NCBI GenBank assembly: GCA_025201805.1
Contig: MU619240.1
Location: forward strand, 301,690 to 365,689
Source of the DNA: Parasitella parasitica NRRL 2501
Taxonomy: Eukaryota > Fungi > Mucoromycota
Length of the DNA stretch: 64,000 nucleotides
Direction of reading: 5' to 3'
Of this stretch, positions 37,683-49,652 are shown in pieces. Within the stretch, counting starts at the first letter, position 1. Each line of letters opens with the position of its first letter. The notes beneath the pieces were generated by a model that was not told where the DNA came from, searched no databases, and saw only the letters and a list, made by a program, of their open reading frames with translations. A program made the translations under genes and the position numbers.

Positions 37683-40482
37683 ATGGCGAGGTTGCGCGAT
37701 ACAATTGACCGTACACCTGAGTATGTCAATTTCATACAAGAGCTAAAGCAGTTCCATGCTACAAAGGGGTAAATTTACCACCAAACGGTTCAGAAAGAGA
37801 AAACAAAACTGACACTTTTATATCGACAGTACAACACTTCAAGCAGAACCAGTGCTAGGTGGAAGACGATTAGATTTATATAAAATCTTCCAAGTAGTAG
37901 TAAATTCTGGTGGTTTTGACGAGGTGACCAAAAATAGAGGCTGGAAGCAAGTAGGCGATATATTTCAGTTTCCATCTACATGCACCAATAGCGCCTATAT
38001 CTTGAAAGGCGTTTACATCCGTAATTTGGTACGTTGATGTAATGTTTTCTTTGTGCATGTGAATACTGATATCCTCATAGCTGGGGTGGGAGGAAGAGAA
38101 ATTGTGGAGCAAAGATTGGGTTCCTCCAAAGGAACTGCTTGGGCCTCATGCTCACAAATCATCAACATTGGCAGGAAAGGCTTACAAAACAGCAATTAAA
38201 AAGTCGACACCCCCCATTAAATCATCTAATGGAACATTGAGATCACCAAAAGCATCCAAGTTCGATGTTAATGCAAACGTTGCGTCTGCTGTTGCTGCCA
38301 CTGCAGCCGCCGCCGCCGCCGCCGCCGCCACTCTTCTCGGTCCTCTAACTAAACCATCGAAACAATTAGGGAATCCTTTATTAATCGACTTTTCAAAGAA
38401 CACGCAATTGGACCCCACTCTTTTTCCACTGAACCAGCAAAATCAGTCGGAAATGTCAGCACCACAAGCAATTCTCGAATCACAGCAAGGCATTCCGGCA
38501 GTTCATGATAATACTTTCAGCGAAAAGGATCGCATTTTATTCGCATTACAATTTGGACAAAAGTCAGATGTGGAATGGGCTCTTAATGAAATCGTCACCA
38601 TGTCCTTTGAATGCCCCGAAAAGCTCGAGTTGAACGAATTGCCTTTTCTATTACAGCTACTCGTCTCTCTCGCTCAACCTTGTTTGACTAGTCATGCTGC
38701 TGACAACGCTTTGCCAACTTCAGCCAGCGATACATTGAGCATCATGTTGCAGGATGATGCGGTATCTTGCTTAGCTAGCAGTGCTGCTTTCTGTACCGAT
38801 TCCCCTATGAAAGGCTCAAGGAAAAGCGACAGCATTCAAGACGATTTATCCAGTTACACAGACCTGAGTACTCTGAATATCATTGTAAAGGTGCTCCATA
38901 CTCTTCGCAACTTTTCCTTTCTGTCAGCATATATCCCTACTTTATCAGAGCACGAGTCGGTAAAGCATATTCTGGTGCAAGCTTTGGAGACATCAATGAG
39001 CACAGGTGACGTTGAATTAGGACGACATTCGATGGATGTATTGGAGAATATTGCAGCGCATCTAAAGTTGGAATCGGCACAGGACACCTGCTTGCAATGC
39101 ATATACAGAATAGTAGCATCTCACGACCGCTACTTGGTTATTGGAGCTATTCGTACCTTGACATGGCTCTCAATCAACAAGGCCAATCATTTGAGTGTGG
39201 AGTCTAGCCCTGTCATGACCCGTATCTCTCAGATGCTTTTGTCCGATGACGAAGAATTGGTGGGAACTGCACTGGAGTACATTTATCAGCACACCCAAGT
39301 TACAACCCAATGTCGCTCTCAGTTTTTGAGATCACCTTACTCGGGCGCATATATCGGCTTATTGATCTCACTTATGCTGACCAAGTCCAAATACTTTTGC
39401 ACCCGATTTATTCAAGAAGACACAGCCTTGTCTACTCCTCTATTGGCCACATCAACAGCTGGAATCACATCGCATCAACAGCAATCACAGCAGCAGACTG
39501 TCATACCTCGTGTACCAGACCTTACCATGTACCAAAAGCTAGATGAGCCATTTAGATGTTTGGGATGGCTAAAGGACAAGTTTGAAGTGGCTGATAGAAC
39601 TAGTATACTATCGCTTGACGATGTGTATCTGCTTTACGAGGCCAGATTTGGGTTAGAAAAAGCATTGAAAATGAGAGACTTTTACACTGTTATGAAGATT
39701 GCATTTCCCAAGGCATCGACGTCTGAGACGAGCCCAATTCTCGGTAGATCCGGCAAATTTGCCCCAGTGGTGGAAGGGCTGAACATTGTTGGAATTCAGA
39801 TCAAGATGAGCATTCTTCAAGACCGTAAGTTTACGCATTTCACTTTTGCAGCCGCGATATTTACATACAGACGTTAGGCCCGCAAGTTTCTTGCAAATGG
39901 GATCGATGCTCGTTATTTTTCGACGACACCTTTACTCTACAGCGACATGTCCTCTGCGACCATTTGACGCTTACCGCTAACAAAAGCTATGTATGCAGTT
40001 GGTCTCACTGCAACACTGAGCAAAACTTGTTTGAAAATAAGGATGGCTTGATATCGCACTTGCGCACTCACTTTTATAACCAAGTTGGAGAAAGTTGCTG
40101 TAATAGCCCTGTACAAAGTCCAGCGCCATCTCTCTCCTCATCCCCTTCCACGCCTACCTCGAACATATCATTGTCTAGCATGATCACTGACTCCCCTACT
40201 ATCAAATCCATGACTATTGTTGATGACTCTCCAATTCAAGGTATTGCACTTGTTGCTTCTCATTTACTCGATTGGCTTTCGAAAGATCCCCAAAGTACAT
40301 TGTACTTTATTCCCTATGAAAAGGAATTGACAGCAGTTGTGGAACAACGGCCCAAACTAGCTTCTCACATCTGGTCCATTTGCTCCAACTTTCAATCCTC
40401 TTCATCAAAGGCTACAACCGACAATATTGAAAATGCAGCTAATTTTACTTGCTCTACCGCCACCACTGCCAACGGTGACTGA
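37683..40482 (+). CDS. Chromatin-remodelling subunit Rsc9/ARID2-like (ARID + ARM + winged helix + C2H2)
   Basis: ARID: PVLGGRRLDLYKIFQVVVNSGGFDEVTKNRGWKQV...TNSAYILKGVY. RILFALQFG...VEWALN. CLGWLK...VYLLY. C-terminal CQWDRC...H and CSWSHC...HLRTH fingers. Confidence 0.82.
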
Positions 40483-41111
40483 TTCATCCTTATCTTCTTT
40501 GCACTCATTTTCGAACACATTTTATATCTTTTTCTCTTTTCCTGTTAAAAAAACCACATCATTTCATGTTGCTTCCTAATTGTAGATATTATACATATAA
40601 ACTAGACAAAAAATATACGAAACCTAAATATTCAGCTCACTAATACGACACTGACTTGTAGTAGTAGACCGTATTCAATATTTATATTTATTCAAATCTA
40701 TGCCTATTTGTTGTCCTCCCGATAAAATACACTTTAAGAATACTGCTATTTTTGCATCACCCAACTGCTTTTGTGACTCACGATTGTATGTGCTTATAGC
40801 CATATGAGCATGCGGAGATCATGGAATAGAAAGTAACATAATGGCATACATAGTAGTATATTATTGCAAAGTCATTATTGTGATGGCAAAGTACCATATT
40901 TGTTGCACCTTTGCCGAGATGCATTCATCCTGGAAGAACCGTGAGAATGGCTGAACGATTAGCCTTGCACAAGTTCTACCTAAAAGAGGGGTGAAATGTG
41001 ATAAGATAAAAAATATTTTTCCCTTACTTTTTTCATATGATCCTTTAATCAGCACAAATCTCTTTTTCCCCATTGTTTTTTTTTTTTGAATTTATTTATT
41101 TTATTTGTACT

Positions 41112-42688
41112 ATGCTTAGAACTACATTACGAGCAATACCCAAGGGTTACAGGTCGTTATTAGGCAGCAGGCTTGTGTACCCTGCCGTTAACACAGCAGC
41201 TACCTTGGCTCCAAGACGATTACAATCAAGCCTGATGGCCGAGACAGATTACGAAAATGAACCACTGACGCAACAAACAAATGTAAATACAAAGGCACCT
41301 GTAAATACTACACCACTCAACGGTAAGTGTGTATTAACCCCCCCCCCCGCAAGAACGGAAAGCGCTTGTTTTATTTACTTGTCGAGCTTATTTTCTAGTA
41401 TCGCCCCTACGACGCTATGATGAAATTACTAGCAACGGACTGGTTAGATCAGACCTTGATCAAAGAAAAGTGGTCGCCAATTTAGATGATCTGTGGTACG
41501 AGCTTAGACAGTACAAACCCAAGCCATACAAGGAGCAAGGCAAATCCAGATCTGTAAGTAGACGAGTTGTGTGGGTGGTCTTTACTTTTACTTATGCCAA
41601 CATAGTGGGGTAGATGGTTTGGCTATGGAAACCAGGAACACAACCTGATTCCAGTCGACCACAACGTACCCAAATCAATGTATGTATACGGTAATGTCGG
41701 CACAGGGAAGACTATGGTGATGGACCTGTTTTTTGACACTTTGGCCATCACCCGCAAAAGACGAGTGCATTTTCATGCGTTTATGCTGGATGTTCATCAA
41801 CGTATTCACCAAATCAAGACCAAATTCCCTGTGCTGGCCGACCCTTTAGCGCCTATCGCCGATGATTTGGTGCGAGATGCCTATGTGATATGCTTTGACG
41901 AATTTCAAGTAACCGACATCGCAGACGCTATGATTTTGCGCAACCTCTTTGAAGAGCTGTTTCGCCGAGGCGTTGTGCTGGTGACTACATCCAATCGCCA
42001 CCCTACAGAACTTTACAAGAACGGCATTCAACGCTCTTCGTTCTTGCCATGCATTGATTTGTTGATGAACCGATGCGATGTGCTCTGTCTAGATTCAGGC
42101 ACAGATTACCGTAAAGTCGAGCGAGCGCAATCTCATGTATTCTTCCACCCTCTGAACCACGATACCCAGCAAAAAATAGACCAGCTCACTCAACGATTGA
42201 CTCATGGACAGAAGATGACACCCAAAGACCTCCACTTCCTGTCTCGCACCCTGACCATCCCACAACAGGTGAATGGGGTAGCAAAAATGCGATTTTCTGA
42301 TGTCTGTGCTCAACCGCTGAGCGCAGCAGATTATTTGGAGATTGTAAAGAATTTCCACACTGTGATCTTGACGGATATCCCCCGCATGACAATGAAACAT
42401 CGAGCAGAAGCACGTCGATTCATTACATTTATTGATGCCATGTATGAATCACATGTAACGCTAGTGGCAAGCGCAGAAAATAGCATATTAGAGATATTTA
42501 ATGCAGACGAGGGAAAAGAAGATCTAGAAGAAGAGATGCGGGCTATGCGAGATAGTCTAGACGTGGGTGATATTTCATCGCCTTTGTTTACGGGCCAAGA
42601 AGAAGCTTTTGCATTTCAGCGAGCCTTGTCGAGACTGATTCAAATGCAGAGTACCGAATGGGTACGTGATGAAGCCAAAATGGGATGA
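41112..42688 (+). CDS. AFG1: Mitochondrial AFG1-like ATPase (LACE1)
   Basis: Arg-rich targeting-like N-terminus; YVYGNVGTGKTMVMDLF, RVHFHAFM, CFDEFQVTDIADAMIL, TSNRHP, EARRFITFIDAMYE. Confidence 0.93.
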
Positions 42689-42896
42689 TCCCCCTTTCCC
42701 CCCCCCCACCTCCCTCTCCTTGAATTTATATATCATAATTTAAATAAATGATTTCGTGTTACATTTACACTGTCAGGTCAGGAGAGGGAAATGACAAGTT
42801 TAGGGGAGAGAAGAGGCATAGAGCTTTATTGAATTGAAGATATGTATATATGTTGATAGGCATAATCGATATTGGTAGTAAAAAAGAAAGAAAGGG

Positions 42897-43262
42897 TTAT
42901 CTTGAGTGCTGTTGGTACAATTTAGGAGAAAGATCATGCTGCTGAGGATACTTTTCTTCATAATGATGGCGAGATGAAAGTGAAGGAGGTAGAGGAACAA
43001 CAGCAGTTGCAGCCGAGCTCCAGTTTTGATTTGAAGTTTGATTATAATACTGTTGCTGTTGTTGTTGTTGTTGTTGCTGTTGGTATGGAAGAGGTGTACC
43101 TGGTCTAGTATTTGAGCTATTATCATGCTCATGTGAGGAGGATATGTACGAATCAAACGTAGCTGCAGAGTCTGCTCTTTGACGTACAACTTGCTGTTGC
43201 CAGTTTCTTAACGCTCTCTCAATGCCTGCATCGTAATTATCAAACATATCGTCTTGTTGGAC

Positions 43263-43298
<36 letters not shown>

Positions 43299-44999
43299 GT
43301 GGTGGTGATGGTCAACCACAGGCTGATACTTGATGCTATTGCGGTGTCTGGCGAATAGCTCAGAATCATTGGCGCTTTGAGAACGAGCATGAAAATTACT
43401 AAATACTGAATTCATCAAATGTGGCATCAGTTGCTGTTGGTGCTGCTGCTGGTGTGCATGAAAAGGAATAGGTGAGTGGGCAGAATTTGGTACAGAGGAT
43501 GACGAAGAGTTATTGTCAATGCTGGAGGTTCTTTGAGTATCTACAACCAATGAAGGAGGATTATAAACATATTGAGGTGGAGGCAATGTGACCATATGCT
43601 GATAATGCTGCTGCTGAGGAAGAGGAGGTGAAGGTGATGAATTGGTGGCCAAAGTACAGGGTGATGCAGTTGAGGCAATATTGGCGCTTGCACCCATCAC
43701 ACTGGAGGTCGCGGTCAAAGGTGAAGTGGAATCATTGCCGGTGAGTTTCCTTTGCGAAGACGACGATAATGGTGCTTGTGGGGGCGGTGTCAACTTCCTC
43801 TTCTTCCGTACATCACGTTGCGGTTCAGAACTGTAATGACCAGGACTACGACCCCTGACTACCAGTGGCGAAGAATAACACTCAGATACCACATGCTGCG
43901 ATGCATCGTCTAATTGAGCAACGAGCTCAAATATCAGGCGAAAATACTGCTGCGATGCTCTACGTTTTCCGTTATTTGCAGTTGCCACTCTAAATTGCAA
44001 CCGTTCAAATGTAACACAAACTTGCTCGTTGCCAAATCCGCTATCGGAAGGGGTAATTGGCATTGTAGGGGGTTCTCTTTGAGGTCCTTTATCTCGTTTT
44101 GGTGTCATTTGAGTGAGAGCAACAGGTCGAACCATACTATGGTCCTCCAATACAGCGCCAGTGCTTTCGTTCAATTCCGATGAGCTGCTCGACGTAGATG
44201 TGCATGCTTTGAGACGGAGAAAGAATTGCTGGATGGGTTGCATTGAGTTACTGTCTGAATTTAACTGCAATGCATAGTATGTCTGATCTGAGTGGCCAGG
44301 AATTATGAGCGAGGCTGTTACTTGAAAGTAGTTTCTGCGGTAGCATGTCCAATGCGATTGGGAGACAAAAAATCCTCTATCCATCTTGCAATTTAAAACG
44401 ATGGGACAACTATTTGAGATGTGGGATAAACAGGTTATTTTTGCCGACTATTACTATTTATATACAAAAACGACTTACATGCCGGTTTTCTTGTTATACT
44501 CATACAGATTCAAGACGTTCCTTGGTTGACAAAAGAAACGAGGCTCTTGATCTTGGCTATTGTCATGAACCACAGACAATTGACTATGGCTGAATTCTGC
44601 TGAATAGTTCAGGGGAGAAGTGCGGAATTGAGATGTCAGTGATTTTGGTATTGGCAAAGGAAATCCTTCGCTTGTGGTTAGCTGTGTGGAATTGGATGAA
44701 GTGTCTGGTTTCAATGGAGATGATCTACATATGTGCGCTGTTAATTGCTGGCCACTTGGCATCGCAATCTGTCTACCTTTTAAAATCAAATGGTCGATTG
44801 CTATCCATTGCAACTCCACCGTTGCCACCTCCTCCATTCCCATGATTCAATACTGGACTTCCACTACAGGAACACGTAAAATTAGTTTTTTCTTTCCCGA
44901 AAGCAAGGGGGTAACTACCAACTTTATGAAGGAGCGACCGACAGGCATTGAGTGAGATCTTTGATGGAATAAAGGTGTTATCATGACATTTTCAGACAT
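42897..44999 (-). CDS. NDT80/PhoG-family transcription factor, multi-exon, polyQ C-terminus
   Basis: DRGFF...WTCYRRNYFQV, QMTPKRDKGP, FERLQFRVATANNGKRRASQQYF, PLVVRGRSPGHY. Upstream exons splice in frame to ATG 44999 (start less certain). Confidence 0.88.
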
Positions 45000-45025
45000 T
45001 TTCCTTGATTATCTGTGAGAAAAAG

Positions 45026-45095
<70 letters not shown>
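45026..45095. repeat. 70-nt poly(A)/poly(T) homopolymer
   Basis: Directly visible. Confidence 0.95.
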
Positions 45096-45097
<2 letters not shown>

Positions 45098-45753
45098 TTG
45101 GAAAAAAAAAAAGAGAGTTAATGATAAAGAAAATCAAAGCTGCTTTTATATAAATAAACCTGTTAAGGAAACGATTTTATTTTAAGGAGTACTTGTATAT
45201 TTATGAGACAGGCCAACAGAAATAAACGCCATCATCAGCAATAATAATAATAATCGATAAATGATATTCGATCTCACCATTACATAATATTTCTTGACAT
45301 GAAACAGTTTTATACCAAACTAAATGTAAACACACTTTACTAGACAACAGTTGTTGTCAGCAGCCTTTTTTTTTTCTCAAGAAAAGCTGGCATGATATAC
45401 CCAAGCGTTTATAAATATGAAACGAATCGCATTGCTTTTTGAGGATCATCATTCGCTTATTCCCAAAAATACAGCTTATTTCCGCCACAGCAGAGCAATG
45501 GCATGTTTTTGAACAATTTTTTAAGGTACTTCCAAACCAGTTAGAGTTTATCTAGTATGTCCCAAGTATATTCAAGCATGTCAGAATAAGTGTCTAATTT
45601 TTTATCCATATAAACTGGCACTAAGTTGGTCTACTAAAAGGCCTATATTTGCCACAGTCTGTAGATTGCTCTCCTGAATGATGTGACAACATTTTTCTAA
45701 TTCTTCTGTTGTGTTCACTGATTTTTCTTTTTTTTTTCTTTTGCTATTCAATC

Positions 45754-46773
45754 ATGAATATTTTACATCACAAAAGGTAGGCATTTATCTATTCTTATAC
45801 ACGGGATATGCACTAACAGTTTCTTTTCCTATAGTTGGCACGTTTATAATAAGGATAACATTGAGCGAGTTCGTAAAGACGAGGCAGAGGCAGAGACAGA
45901 AGCTAAAAAGAAGCAAGACAGAGTAATACTTGCAGTAAGTACCCTCGACCCTCCCTCCCCCTTTTTTCCTCTCTTTTTTTTTGCACTATTGTTCCATGAA
46001 GTCATTGTTTCTGTTAACTAGGAAAGTGAAGCTAGACTGGAGCTATTGAGAAAACGAGCCAACGCCAGATTGCCGTTAGTCGACGATGCAAAAGAAGTCA
46101 ATCGCATTGAACATGTGAATCTGTTCTCAGATTTAGAAGATAAGCAAAATGTAAACAGCAACAATCCAGATTATGAGGCTGAACAGAAAGCCAAAGATGA
46201 GAAATGGGAAAGGCAAATTACAATGTATTTGAATAAAGGAACCGAGGAAGGTAAAGTTTATGATTGTCTTTAACATGTCAATGCTCCTTCTAAAAGGCCA
46301 ATTCTATAGATCCGTGGTATGCAAAACTGTCTAGTCAAAGCCAAGATAAATACATTGATCAGCATGTTTTCAAGAGAAACACCAAAAAAGACGATAATCC
46401 TCATAGACGTAATCGAAAACGACTTGAAATAAACGATGATCCATTGGATTACATCACAACAACGCTCGAGAAACGGCAGGAAAAGAAGCACGGCAAAAAA
46501 TACAAATCAACATCTGATAAAAACAAGAAAAAGCATAGCCATGGCAAATCAAGCGAGAAACCTAGTACGTCTATCGAAGAACTGCGAGCAAAGAGACTAG
46601 AAAGAGAAAAAAACGAGCAATTTCGATTAAGATCACTGTACTTGCATGATGATCAAGCTCCTAAAGAGACAGTCGAAATGGATGATAGAAAAAGAGGCTA
46701 CAATTCGCAGTTTAACAGAGATGAGACGTTGAAAGCGCAGGATCATCGCAAAAAGAAGCTTCGATTTCAATAA
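45754..46773 (+). CDS. LENG1-like protein (Cir_N domain)
   Basis: MNILHHK|SWHVYNKDNIERVRKDE, ESEARLELLRK, HVNLFSDLE, DDPL, SIEELRAKRLERE, YNSQFN. Confidence 0.82.
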
Positions 46774-46851
46774 ACACAAAGCGGCTTGTAAATATCACTG
46801 TTATAATGTAAATAAAATTTTGCCTTTTTTTTTTTTTTTGCTTTGATAAAT

Positions 46852-48685
46852 ATGCGCGAAATCGTTACATTACAACTTGGTTCCCTGGCAAACCATGTGG
46901 GAACTCATTTCTGGAATTCCCAAGTAATGTTTTCATACAAAATATATAAGCATCGAGTTGTGTAATCTGATGATAGTAATAGGAAGAATACTTTAGTTAC
47001 GGTGACAGCACTCCAGCCAAAACACAAGAGATAAACCATGACGTCCTGTATAGACAGGGGGAGACATCTTCGGTAAGCAGCATATGCTAGTGCATCACAT
47101 ATTCGGCACTGACATGTGCATAGGGTGTCTTGACATATACACCCAGAGCATTGATCTATGATTTAAAAGGAGGATTTGGATCTATGCAGAAATACAATAG
47201 ACTCTTTGGTGGCAGTCAAAGTGTCGATACTAATGTACAACAAGTGCCATGGGAACAAGGTATAAAACGTATCGATAGACACATAACAAAGAACCAGTAT
47301 CAGCAAGAACTGGACCGTATGGAGTCTGAGCATGTCAGCATGGAGGCTGCTATTCATCAATTGGATCAAACAGTGAATAATTGGTCAGATTACAACAGGA
47401 TTTACTATCATCCCCGAACCATCAACCCCATTGTCACTCACCAAATGGATAATGACATTACCCCATTTGATAATTTTACTATAGGAAAGCAATCTTATCA
47501 AGATAACGAAAAAGAAATGGATATTTTTGAAGATAATTTTAGATTTTTTGTGGAAGAATGCGATAATTTACAAGGATTCCAGATATTGACAGATGTAGAT
47601 GATGCATTTGGTGGGTTTTCCGAAGGATTACTTCATAACATTTGCGATGAATTTGGCAAAACCCCCATCATGACTTATGGTATGAGTGATTCGCACGCAC
47701 AGTACAGAACAGATGTAAAAAAAAAAAAAATCTAGTAGACTATGCCGCCATTTTCTTAACAGCACATTTCTGTAGCGTCACAAGCAAAAGATTATTCTGA
47801 ATAGAGCATTGAGCATTACACGTCTTGCTGATCTGTCATCCATTTATGTTCCTATTTATACACCTACGCAATCAGCTACCAAAAAATGCGGATTATCACC
47901 TTATATGCGATTTAACGAATTATCCAGATATCATACAAGTGCCATCATTGCATCCGCTATCGAGAGCAATTCACTGCCGTACAGGTTAAAACACAATTCA
48001 ATGACAATGGCAGACGCTGTCAGTAAATTAAATTGGGTTAGAACCACAAGATTGGCATCTTTATCTATCACTCTACCTTTGCCTATATCAGAAAATGGAT
48101 ATATCGATACATTGGAGAATAGCCAAAAGATGAATCCTGCACTTTCATTATTGGATCGATTCTCAGTACATGATGTAAGATTTAATCAGGGAGCATGTTT
48201 AATCGTGTATATAAATGGGACGTTTATTTTAGAGGAAAGACGTTTACGGTGAAATCTTGGTTACTAGAGGATTACCCAGCAACATGAGAGAGCGAACCGC
48301 ATTTCTAGAGAAATTTTATTCCAACTTCAAAGATAGCAATGACCCACTTCAAGCAAGAGTCAGCCTTGATTGTGCATTCCCTCTTGCAGAAACATATCCT
48401 CGTATTTTCACACCTCGTGTTAACCAAAACGGCTTCATCACTTCGACAGCATCAGCGGAGCCGCCACAATCACTGCCTGTTTTCACTCGACTCGAATCAG
48501 GATCCATTCTGAAAGACACTCTGGACCACAACATAAGCAATCTAAATAAGATTGTCTTTAAAGATTTCCTTGAGTATAATCAAGGAGAAGGCGGCCTATC
48601 CAGAGAAGATTTTCTGGAAACAAAAGAAAGTCTTATATCTTTATCAGACAACTACAGAACCGACGATGATAACATGGTGTTATAA
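46852..48685 (+). CDS. DML1: Dml1/Misato tubulin-like protein
   Basis: MREIVTLQLGSLANHVGTHFWNSQ, TYTPRALIYDLKGGFGS, WSDYNRIYYHP, FRFFVEECDNLQGFQI...DAFGGF. Confidence 0.92.
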
Positions 48686-49652
48686 TAGATAAGATGCCCA
48701 AATAGCGTTTGCCGGCGGTACTGGCGCAACATATGTTGGTGGAACTTTATGTGGAGTGTCATGCTCCTGGTTGTCTAATAAAATGTATTGATCCCACAAT
48801 CGACGAGTATTTAAAAGTGTGTCTAATGATTGATTTGCTCCACACCAATAACTGTATGCTGCTTCATCAATCGCCATATTGTGCCATGTATCTTTAGGAT
48901 GTATCAATCCTTCGTTTCTTACTGCTACTTGTTGTTGATCCTGCTGTGAAGAGTCTGATTGTGTCGACTTATTGTCTTCATGCCATTGTTTGACCTTATT
49001 GAAAAATTTGTCACCTTCATCGGCAAAGAAATGTCCCTTAGCTTCCAGCTTTTTTCTTCGAAGGTTCCGTATATTTGTTAACAATGCCAACTTTTTGGTG
49101 AGAATTTTTATCTGCTTCTTGTCATCCGCCTGTTGTTGAGCTTGTTTGTTATCAGTATATAGAGATGAGAAATTATTAACAGAAGCAGCAGCAACCGTGG
49201 TGGCGTTCACCGAAGAAGACATTGTAACTTTCCATTCAATATCCTTAATCCACTTTTCGTGTTTCTTGGCTTGATGTCTTTTTCTCTGTTGAATACGCTT
49301 TTTATGCTTCTTTTTCCAGATACTATGACGTTTAAGTTTCTGTTGCTTCCGGTTTAGTAGATCTATCAGGTTATCATCAAAATTTCGAGTTGTTTGAATC
49401 AACTGAGCCTATTTACGTATTTTTCGTTAAAGTATTACATTGTATGTTAAAGCTATTTCTTACAGCTTCAAGGCCAAGGTCTTTTAAATGCTTGTGCCAT
49501 TCTTGTTCAGAGTAGAATCCCAGATTGCTCTTGTTATCTAACTCTGTTTTCAAATGCTCAAACTTGGCGATCGCATCTGAAAGTTGCTTTTTAGCTTCGA
49601 TAATGGACATATATGAGATGAAAAGTGGTTTTGAAATGGCCAATTGTGGCAT
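48680..49652 (-). CDS. PDCD7 / U11-U12 snRNP 59-kDa-like protein, 2 exons
   Basis: Basic coiled segments, LTNIRNLRRKKLEAKGH, and C-terminal YW..ANQSLDTLLNTRRLWDQYI...VPPTYVAPVPPANAIWASYL, matching the PDCD7 C-terminal pattern as I recall it. Confidence 0.7.

Noticed and set aside
45160-45172. U12-type branch-point match TTTCCTTAAC on the minus strand
   Set aside because: No RTATCCTT 5' splice site found upstream.
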